Positions 56,572-64,000 of a stretch of DNA of 64,000 nucleotides are shown here, piece after piece; the stretch's first letter is position 1; every line of letters begins with the position of its first letter. The position numbers and the translations under genes are program-made. The DNA comes from a virus. Taxonomy: Duplodnaviria; Caudoviricetes. The notes under the pieces are model-generated. The model was not told where the DNA came from, searched no databases, and worked only from the letters and a program-made list of their open reading frames with translations. The DNA is taken from positions 28,207-92,206 of the IMG/VR virus record IMGVR_UViG_3300031992_000057. The stretch is one strand, 5' to 3'.

Positions 56572-57003
56572 GTGGCGGTGGACATCATGGCGGACAGCCA
56601 GACGGAGGCGATCATCGCGGCGCTCGAGCGCGGCGAGGCCGACAGCATGATGCACAACAGGGTGTCCGCCGCCATACTGCGCTCGCAGACCAAGGTCTAC
56701 GCGCAGCTCGAGCAGATCAAGGACAACCTCTGGACCGTCGAGAGGCTCGAGGGCCTCGTCGACCGCAGGCACCAGACCCTGTGCGCCCAGTGCCCCGCGA
56801 GGCAGCCGGCGCCTCCCGCACCTCCCGCGCCTCCCGCCCCGAAGCCCACCTTCTTCGAGGCGCTCCTCTCGTCGGAGTCGATACGCTATTTCATACTTGT
56901 TGTGATCCTCGCGTGGGCCGTCATCTACGTGAAGACCGGGCCCGAGGGCGCGGCGAGCGTCCGCGAGGGCCTCTCGCACACGGTCACGGGAGGTGCCAAG
57001 TGA
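56572..57003 (+). CDS. Membrane protein, possibly holin-like
   Basis: Coiled coil, Pro linker, C-terminal TM. Confidence 0.6.
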   Translation: MAVDIMADSQTEAIIAALERGEADSMMHNRVSAAILRSQTKVYAQLEQIKDNLWTVERLEGLVDRRHQTLCAQCPARQPAPPAPPAPPAPKPTFFEALLSSESIRYFILVVILAWAVIYVKTGPEGAASVREGLSHTVTGGAK

Positions 57004-57206
57004 TGCGCTTTCCGCCCGCCAGGACCGCACCGTCACCTTTCGAGGGACGACTTCTCGGCCTCAAGGGCCTTGCCCGGGGCTTCTTTGCGGGAGCGGCACA
57101 GCGGGCGTTTCTTCTGGTTTTTGCGCTCGCGGCGCTCGCGGGCTGCGCGTCGGCGCCGGAGCCGTCCGGCACCGGGTTTCCCGAGATCGAGCGCTGGTGG
57201 AAATGA
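57003..57206 (+). CDS. Small lipoprotein
   Basis: Lipobox LAGC with short mature part. Confidence 0.55.
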   Translation: MRFPPARTAPSPFEGRLLGLKGLARGFFAGAAQRAFLLVFALAALAGCASAPEPSGTGFPEIERWWK

Positions 57207-57228
57207 TTTTTGCGGAAGGAGACGTAAG

Positions 57229-57897
57229 ATGAATCAAATGCAGAGGTTCGCCAAGATGTTCGTGCCGGGAGCGCTGCTCCGGCCGAAGCGGCTCGCGAAG
57301 TCCGGCATGCTGAAGGCCCCCGCGAAGTTCCAGGGACCGAAGGAGCTCATCCTGACCGGCTACTGCACGCCGGTCGAGAACCAGGGCGCGAAGCCGTGGT
57401 GCGCCGCGTACGCCGCCTCGTCCTACGCGGAGAACATCCGCTGGCGGATCGACGGGTACCGCAGGGACATCGACCCCGCGCCGCTCTATGCGTACGCCAA
57501 GACGGTGGACGGGTCGCCGGACACCGACGGCACGTATCTCGAGTGCACGCTCAGGGCGCTTATGGCGAAGGGGCATCTTCCGGCCATGTCCGTGAAGACG
57601 TTCGACACGCTGCGCGACCTCAAGTACGCCGTGCACAGGCAGGGGGTCTGCATAGCGGGGTTCAACATAACCTCCGACTGGTTCTCGCCCAGGAAGGGCG
57701 TGGTCTTCGGGGAGGGGGAGACGCAGGGCGGGCATGCCGTCACCGTCTGCGGGTACGACGAGGGCGGCGTGGTCATCTTGAACTCGTGGGGTGCGGACTG
57801 GGGCCACGGCGGCTTCGCGTACGTCACGAACAAGGCGTTCGGGGATCAGTTCATGTACGGGGCTGCTCTGTCCGGTGCGCTTGGTCTGGTAGAGTAG
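57229..57897 (+). CDS. Papain-like (C1) cysteine peptidase
   Basis: VENQG...WCAAYA; GHAVTVCGYD; ILNSWGADWG. Confidence 0.9.
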   Translation: MNQMQRFAKMFVPGALLRPKRLAKSGMLKAPAKFQGPKELILTGYCTPVENQGAKPWCAAYAASSYAENIRWRIDGYRRDIDPAPLYAYAKTVDGSPDTDGTYLECTLRALMAKGHLPAMSVKTFDTLRDLKYAVHRQGVCIAGFNITSDWFSPRKGVVFGEGETQGGHAVTVCGYDEGGVVILNSWGADWGHGGFAYVTNKAFGDQFMYGAALSGALGLVE

Positions 57898-57912
57898 AGA
57901 GGAGACAGTGGA

Positions 57913-58248
57913 ATGAATTGGTGGAGCAAGATAGCGGCAAGGCTGGTGTTCGCGTTCGCGGGGTGGGACGGCGTCATATCGTTCGTCCTGTCCTACTTCA
58001 ACGGGTTTCTCCAGGACGGAGTCACCGCTGACCGCGTGGCCAAGGGCTACAGGATCGCGATGGACGTCCTGTACTACCTGAAGAAGTACAGGGTGTACGT
58101 CCCGAACCAGTGGCTCGACTACTTCGATCCGACCGTGGCCGCGGTCGAGACGTTCGTCGTCACCTTTGAGGACGGCAAGGTCGAGGCCGGCGAGGTCGCC
58201 AGGGCGGTCGAGGCGTTCGAGAAGGCATATGCCGCGTGGCGTTCGTAG
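57913..58248 (+). CDS. Hypothetical, possibly membrane-associated protein
   Basis: GGAG RBS; hydrophobic N-terminus. Confidence 0.7.
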   Translation: MNWWSKIAARLVFAFAGWDGVISFVLSYFNGFLQDGVTADRVAKGYRIAMDVLYYLKKYRVYVPNQWLDYFDPTVAAVETFVVTFEDGKVEAGEVARAVEAFEKAYAAWRS

Positions 58249-60721
58249 GCTGGGCGCACCGGCGGGCGGGCTCGAGTTCGTGGAGATGTCCCTGGCGGAC
58301 CCCGCGAAGCTCGCCCTGCCCCTGACGTCCAGGTCCCCGGGCGGGTCCGCGACGGACCTGCACATCGAGGACTTCATGCTCCTCGCGGACGCCGTCGCCG
58401 CGGGCCGCGTCATCCGCGGCGAAGCCGGCGCCGGGGGGTTCGTGGCCAAGGTCGATCCGCGCGCCGCGTTCTTCGACGCGGGCTCCGGCATGCCCCGTCC
58501 CGGCGGCGATGTCGCCGCCGTCGCCGCGTGGTCGGACCTGTGCACCGCCGAGAGGTGGATAGACCCCGAGAGGTTCGCCTCCCTCGCGGGCGCATGTCAG
58601 GTCGTGGCGTCCGCCGACGTGGAGCTTGACGTGCCGTTCCATCACTGCGCATGTGGCCCGGGGGGCCATGTCCAGAGGGTCGACGGGCTCGGCAGCGACT
58701 CCGATTTCGACGTCGCCACCGGCGTCACCGAGCTCGGGCTGAGGCTGCGTTCGGCGGTGGCTCCGCGCGACGCGTGGATGACCGCCGCCTGCCGGTCCGA
58801 AATATCCGAGGCGCTTCCGCGCCCCGGCTACGGCGCATCCGGCGGGACCCTTGTGCGCGGCCTTCCGTTCGCGTCCGCCATGACGGATGTCGGACGGTGG
58901 TGCCAGGGCTCCGTGAGGCGCACCGGCATCGACGCCTTCGGAAGCGCATCGGACGCCTTTCTGCATCTGGTGTCGGATCCCAACGACCCCAGCATCGGCG
59001 ACGGCGCCGCGCTCGCCCCATCGGCCGAAGAGACGCTTACGCTCCTCCCGGTGGAGGAGACTGTCGACGAGGCCCGGTACTGGGAACGTTCCGTCCACAA
59101 CTACACGACCACGGTGTCCTCGGCCACCGCCGCCTACGGGTTTGGCCCCGCCGAGCACCCCGACTTCAGCTGGGTACGCCTTCCGACCGTCGTCGGGCTG
59201 AAGGAGCTGGACGCCGCATCCGCGCCCGGGACTGACACCTTCTTCGAGGTGGACCCCGTTGCGGGGCTTTCGCTCAGCGACGCGGCAGGCGGCAGCCACA
59301 GCATGTCGGACGCCGAGTTCGCGTGCGGAGACCCGGCCGCGGCGGGCGATCTGTACGTCCATGACGCGCGGGGCGCGTCCGCCGTCGCGTCGCTGAAGGC
59401 CCGCTTGACGGACATCGTCCAGGCGCTGCTGTTCGAGGACATGTCCACGGTGGACGACCCCGGGCATGGTAGACCGTTCAGCCGCTGCGGGCGGCCCCTT
59501 GCGTTCGTGTACGACGTGCATTCCGGGTACAACGGCTCCATGGAGTGCGTCTATCTCGGGCAGTCCAGCGGCGGGGCGTACAGCTACCAGGAGGAGAACC
59601 GGACCGAGAGCCTCAGGTTCAACGGCTGCTTCTCCGAAGTATGGGTTGGCGACCCGGACTACAGCGGCTCCGGCGATGTGCCGTCCATCCACGTGCCGAT
59701 GCTTCGAAAGCAGAGCTACGAGGGGAGCGAAAAGTACAGGGCGAGCGTCACCCCCCGCGTTGTCCAGAACCCTGCGTTCGGCAGGTATTTCTTCTCCGGG
59801 CATGACGTGTTCGTCAGCGCCGAGGGCATGACCGCACAGACGGCCGAGACGACGCTGCACGCATCGTTCGATCTGCTCGTTCCGTCCGATGTCGAGATAA
59901 CCGGCGTCATAGGGTCGTTCCGCGTGTACAGGGTGAAAGGCGGGTACCGGGCCCCCGCGATACCGTATGCGTTGGGCGCGGACTGGCATTCCCCGGCGAG
60001 GAGCGGACAGATGAAAAGCGAGTATTCGTTTACGTGCGACAATCCGTGCGACCCGAGGGCGGAGGAGTCCGGGGCCTATTTTCCGAGCCCTGACGGCGGG
60101 AGTTTCTTTGATGACTTGTACAGCTGCGGCTACTATTCCGAAGGCGATGCGTATGACGGCAGACGGTCCCACAGCAGCACGACGTACACTCCGGATGTCG
60201 ACGGGTTCCTGTCCGCCAAGGCTCAGTTTGACAATGCCCTTGGGGTGGTCGGCGGGCTTTATGCCAAGCCGGGGGACACCGGGAAGCGGACCGTGCACGC
60301 AGAGCTTCACCGTCATTATCTCATTGATGTCGGCCCCGCTCCGATGAAGGTCAGCGCCGTCATAGCCGACTGCTCCGTGGAGGCGTCGTCGCTTACCGTC
60401 ACGGAGGTCGATCCGGCCTACGATGCTGGGGGCGTCAGGCATCTGAGGCGGGTCCATGTCGACGCTGAGTTCGCGCATGTCCCCCTCGTGGCCCCGGCGC
60501 GCAGGGGGTCGTTCGTGCACATGGGCGGGCGGGGCACGGTCGTCATGGCAGACGGGCTCCGGCCCGACGTGTCCATGGCCGGGCTGGGCGGGGATTTCCT
60601 CGGAGGGTCCGGTGCGCTCAGGGCGGGCGGCGGGACCGTGGAGCTGCAGGGGACGCTCAGGTGGGTCGAGGCCAACCCGTCCATGTTCTTCCGGTTCACG
60701 AGGCGCGAAAGGTCCGAGTGA
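58229..60721 (+). CDS. Large probable virion protein
   Basis: About 830 aa, Ser/Asp/Gly-rich, beta-type; start uncertain. Confidence 0.7.
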   Translation: MPRGVRRLGAPAGGLEFVEMSLADPAKLALPLTSRSPGGSATDLHIEDFMLLADAVAAGRVIRGEAGAGGFVAKVDPRAAFFDAGSGMPRPGGDVAAVAAWSDLCTAERWIDPERFASLAGACQVVASADVELDVPFHHCACGPGGHVQRVDGLGSDSDFDVATGVTELGLRLRSAVAPRDAWMTAACRSEISEALPRPGYGASGGTLVRGLPFASAMTDVGRWCQGSVRRTGIDAFGSASDAFLHLVSDPNDPSIGDGAALAPSAEETLTLLPVEETVDEARYWERSVHNYTTTVSSATAAYGFGPAEHPDFSWVRLPTVVGLKELDAASAPGTDTFFEVDPVAGLSLSDAAGGSHSMSDAEFACGDPAAAGDLYVHDARGASAVASLKARLTDIVQALLFEDMSTVDDPGHGRPFSRCGRPLAFVYDVHSGYNGSMECVYLGQSSGGAYSYQEENRTESLRFNGCFSEVWVGDPDYSGSGDVPSIHVPMLRKQSYEGSEKYRASVTPRVVQNPAFGRYFFSGHDVFVSAEGMTAQTAETTLHASFDLLVPSDVEITGVIGSFRVYRVKGGYRAPAIPYALGADWHSPARSGQMKSEYSFTCDNPCDPRAEESGAYFPSPDGGSFFDDLYSCGYYSEGDAYDGRRSHSSTTYTPDVDGFLSAKAQFDNALGVVGGLYAKPGDTGKRTVHAELHRHYLIDVGPAPMKVSAVIADCSVEASSLTVTEVDPAYDAGGVRHLRRVHVDAEFAHVPLVAPARRGSFVHMGGRGTVVMADGLRPDVSMAGLGGDFLGGSGALRAGGGTVELQGTLRWVEANPSMFFRFTRRERSE

Positions 60722-62547
60722 CGTACAAGACGAGATATGGTGCCGACTGGCCGTCCGAGATGCCCGACCCGCTGATCGGGATGACCATCGGGAAGAAGTG
60801 GCGCCAGCTCAAGTCGGAGCGCGGTGTCGAGTTCCGGGATCCCTGGGTCCCCCTGCTCGACGTCGCCAAGGCGCTCATACCGGAGCAGTACTTCAAGGTC
60901 CCGCCCTGGACGGAGGAGCATTTTCACGACTGGGTGATGGCCGAGAAGGGCTGCATCACGTGGGGTTGCGCTTCATGCGGCAAGTCGAACGACTACGGGC
61001 TCCTTATGCTTCTCGACTGGATGACCGATCCGTACGACACCGTCGTCCGGCTCGGCTCCACCGACAAGCAGTCGCTCAAGTCGCGCTCGTGGAATGCGGT
61101 CATCACGTACCTCGCGGCCCTCAAGCACAACAAGCTCGGATTCGCCATTCCCGGCAAGATTTCCAAGTCGGGCTATGCGGTCCTCAACGACGACGACACC
61201 GATTCCCCCGAGTCGGTCGGCGAAAAGGCCGGGATCGTCGGTGTCGCGGTGAACGACAGCGAGGATTCGGGCAAGCTCCAGGGCGCGCACGCGAAGTACG
61301 TGCGGCTTGTCATCGACGAGCTTGCCACCATCACGCACCACGACAACATCAGGAAGGCGATGCAGAACCTGCGTGTCGGCGCGGTGGACTTCAGGTTCTT
61401 CGCCCTCGCCAACCCGGGTTCGTGGGAGGACGAGTCATGCCAGTACTGCATACCGCCCGGGGGACCCTCGTCCGTGAACGTGGACACGGGTCTCTGGACG
61501 TCGACGCGCGGCTTTCTCGTCCGGCACCACGACGGGCTCAAGTGCGTGACGGTCGTGAAGCCCGAAACCGCGGGGGAGTACCCGTTTCTCATCACGAAGG
61601 AGGTCGTGGACCAGAACCTCGCGGACTGCGACGGCAACGCCGACGCCCCGATGTACTGGCAGATGGTGCGCGGGTTCCCCGTCCCCGTCGCGTCCAACGT
61701 CCCCACCGTCCTCGACCCGAGGACGGCCGCCCAGAACCGCGTGACGGAGCGCATCGTCCCCGACCCGTACGGCGTCGTCGACGTCGCGGCGGGCATCGAC
61801 CCGGCGTGGACGGAGGGAGGCGACGGCGCCGTGCGCGCGAAGTGCACGGTGAGGCGGGACATGTACGGGCATGCGTTCCTCGACTTCACCGACGGGCTCG
61901 CGAAGATACCCATAAAGGCGAACGACCCGAGGCCCCCGATGCAGCAGATGATGGACTTCACCATCGACGCGATGAGGCGTCCGGGCGAAGCGTCGTTCCG
62001 GAACACCGCGGTGGACTCGTCCGCGAACCAGGGGCTCGCGGACAGCCTTCTCATATTCGCCGGCGCCGACTGCCTCGGCGTGAACAACGCGGAGCGCGCC
62101 TCCGAGCAGCCGCTGCGCGCGAAGGACCCGAGGCCCGCGAAGCAGGTCGTGTACGACCGCGGCACCGAGTCGTGGTGCGTCCTCGCGGAGTTCTGCCGCG
62201 CCGGCATGGTGAGGGGGCTTCCGCCGGAGGCGCTGCGCGGGCTCGTCACGCGCAGGTTCGCGATGCACGAGGGGACGGGCACCGTGATGAGCCCGCTCCG
62301 GCTCGAGTCCAAGAAGACGTTCAAGGCGAGGTTCGGGAAGTCGCCGGACGAGACGGACGCATGTGCGCTCGCCGCGCTCGTCATCAAGGAGCGTCTCGGC
62401 ATACTTCCGTTCGGCGATGTCCCGCCCGTCGCCCCCGAGGCGCTCGTATCGACGGCCCCCGTGAAGCCCCGCGTCAACGTCGTCCGCGATGAGTCGTGGG
62501 GAAGCGATCCGCTCGACGGAGAGGCGGGCTACTCCCCGGAGGGTTGA
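60718..62547 (+). CDS. terL: Terminase large subunit
   Basis: Walker A GCASCGKS; Walker B LVIDE; ANP; nuclease GIDPA...GGD and SPDETDA. Confidence 0.88.
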   Translation: MTYKTRYGADWPSEMPDPLIGMTIGKKWRQLKSERGVEFRDPWVPLLDVAKALIPEQYFKVPPWTEEHFHDWVMAEKGCITWGCASCGKSNDYGLLMLLDWMTDPYDTVVRLGSTDKQSLKSRSWNAVITYLAALKHNKLGFAIPGKISKSGYAVLNDDDTDSPESVGEKAGIVGVAVNDSEDSGKLQGAHAKYVRLVIDELATITHHDNIRKAMQNLRVGAVDFRFFALANPGSWEDESCQYCIPPGGPSSVNVDTGLWTSTRGFLVRHHDGLKCVTVVKPETAGEYPFLITKEVVDQNLADCDGNADAPMYWQMVRGFPVPVASNVPTVLDPRTAAQNRVTERIVPDPYGVVDVAAGIDPAWTEGGDGAVRAKCTVRRDMYGHAFLDFTDGLAKIPIKANDPRPPMQQMMDFTIDAMRRPGEASFRNTAVDSSANQGLADSLLIFAGADCLGVNNAERASEQPLRAKDPRPAKQVVYDRGTESWCVLAEFCRAGMVRGLPPEALRGLVTRRFAMHEGTGTVMSPLRLESKKTFKARFGKSPDETDACALAALVIKERLGILPFGDVPPVAPEALVSTAPVKPRVNVVRDESWGSDPLDGEAGYSPEG

Positions 62548-62572
62548 ACCGTTCGGCGCATTGTGGTATAAT
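62544..62572 (+). promoter_or_regulatory. Promoter
   Basis: TTGAAC-N17-TATAAT with TGTGG; ATG 9 nt downstream. Confidence 0.75.
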
Positions 62573-62581
62573 TCGCCGCAT

Positions 62582-64000
62582 ATGGACGGAGTCTCAAGAT
62601 CAGGCTATCCGGATGACCAGGAGGTTGCGGCTGGGGCCAAGGCCTGGGTCGATTCGGTCGAGGGCAAGTGGCGGGTGCAGATATTCGCCCGGCGCTCGCG
62701 TGTGCTCCGCGACGGTTCGTCGCGAGAGATTCCATCGCGGCTTCGCCGTTTCGTCGAAGGCATCCCGTGGGCGTTCGTGCGTCCCGCGGTCGACTATCTC
62801 ATCTCGAAGGCGCCCTATTCCGGGGTGATCGCCAATGGCGTCGATTTCGGCGTGACGTACCGGCCCACCCTGACCATGTGGCAGAGGGACTCCCAGCAGG
62901 CTGCGGTCGGCGCCAAGGGCGCAAGCGTCGGGGACGCCACGTACACCCTTGTGCAGGATCTCGTCGAAGCCGACTCCGACGACGTGTACACGGTCGGCAC
63001 GTCGTCATCGTGCTCCGAGGAAGTCGTGTCGCGGTACGTGTGGGACGCCGCTTCGGTGGAGGAGCTCCCGCAGGGCGGCATGGGCGTCACGTACCAGGTG
63101 GCGCAGGTCCACAGGAACGAGGACGGATCGTTCGACTACGCCCTCGTGAAGCGTGTCGCCATCACGCAGCACGTGGGGCCCGTGACGCAGGAGGACAACG
63201 CGTACAGGCAGGTCAGCGTGGAGACGTGGGACAACGTGTACGTCAGGGACGATGGCGTGTTCTGCGACAGCTCCTGGAACCCCATCGCGGGAATCGCGGC
63301 GGGTGTCGGCGATGTCGACGGCCGCCGCGTCGAGACCAAGGTCGAGCAGGTCTCCGAGAACGACGACTGCACCGTGCGTCTCAGCGTGACGAGAACCTGG
63401 CTGAAGCCGGTCACGGCGCAGACCGAGACGCGGAACACCCAGTTCGAGTCGGACCGCAGCGTAGTGACTTCCGGCAACGACGGTTCGCTCGGCGACGCCC
63501 CTGACGCGTCCGACGGGGTCATCGTCACCCATGCGTCGGAGCTTCAGCCCGACGGGACGTATCGCAACACCGTGAAGACCGAGACGGAGCGCCCGGTCGC
63601 GGGGTCCCGCAGGGAGGTCTCGCGCACGTCCCGCGCGGTGCGCACGGTCGTGCATGATGCCAACCAGGCGGCGCCGGCGCCGACGGAGGGGCTCGCCGTC
63701 GGTCAGACCGTCGTCGTCGAGAGCACGCCGGGGCGCCTGTTCAACAACACGGTCACGAACGTGGAGGCTGCGGCGACGCCCGACTCGGCGCGCTGCGCGA
63801 AGACGGTGTTCAGCCACGAGCACGACGCCGTGACGCTCCACTCCGGCGGGTCCGCGAGCGACGTCCTGAACGGTCTCAGCTGCTCGGACGCTGGCGGCGG
63901 CGTCTACCGCACCGTCACCGCCGACATGGACGAGAACGGCGTCGTCAAGCGCGTCGAGCGCGTCACGCACGAGCTCTCGCAGCCCGACGCGGAGGTGCGC
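62582..64000 (+). CDS. Thr/Val-rich probable virion protein, 3'-truncated (absent from ORF track)
   Basis: ATG 62582 MDGVSRSGYPDD...; frame appears open to window end. Confidence 0.75.
   Translation, partial: MDGVSRSGYPDDQEVAAGAKAWVDSVEGKWRVQIFARRSRVLRDGSSREIPSRLRRFVEGIPWAFVRPAVDYLISKAPYSGVIANGVDFGVTYRPTLTMWQRDSQQAAVGAKGASVGDATYTLVQDLVEADSDDVYTVGTSSSCSEEVVSRYVWDAASVEELPQGGMGVTYQVAQVHRNEDGSFDYALVKRVAITQHVGPVTQEDNAYRQVSVETWDNVYVRDDGVFCDSSWNPIAGIAAGVGDVDGRRVETKVEQVSENDDCTVRLSVTRTWLKPVTAQTETRNTQFESDRSVVTSGNDGSLGDAPDASDGVIVTHASELQPDGTYRNTVKTETERPVAGSRREVSRTSRAVRTVVHDANQAAPAPTEGLAVGQTVVVESTPGRLFNNTVTNVEAAATPDSARCAKTVFSHEHDAVTLHSGGSASDVLNGLSCSDAGGGVYRTVTADMDENGVVKRVERVTHELSQPDAEVR

Noticed and set aside
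1-64000. Prophage boundary or integrase
   Set aside because: No integrase, att site or host genes visible; lifestyle undetermined

Overview
64 kb of a GC-rich tailed dsDNA phage genome. No integrase, att site, host housekeeping genes or CRISPR array are visible. A PVC/Kiritimatiellia-like host is my inference from protein style and is not shown by the sequence. Layout: (1) 1-10.3 kb, + strand: giant and modular virion/ejection-type proteins, two with HExxH zincin motifs. (2) 10.2-50.6 kb, mostly - strand: three sugar-transfer genes, GroES, DUF3310, DUF2829, HU, HAD, TerS-like and RuvC-like genes; a replication module (AEP primase-SF3 helicase, family A polymerase, SSB-like, Cas4-like nuclease, SF2 helicase); amidoligase plus class II glutamine amidotransferase; three free-standing HNH endonucleases; and an early region of tiny ORFs separated by about 3 kb of highly structured non-coding DNA, with an AT-rich origin-like tract. 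(3) 50.9-64 kb, + strand: mosaic tail fibre genes, a lysis-like cassette with a papain-like protease, and the terminase large subunit. Best candidate for an undescribed system: the early-region structured-RNA cluster at 42.7-48.4 kb, which has several tRNA-elbow mimics with non-functional anticodon arms and a duplicated, covarying two-hairpin leader RNA. Also notable: a four-copy promoter with an embedded palindromic operator, cassette-swapping virion proteins delimited by a 17-bp 'DAKGG' repeat, and a T-shaped GNA-triloop DNA structure at the strand switch. All family calls come from motif recognition by eye; no searches were run.
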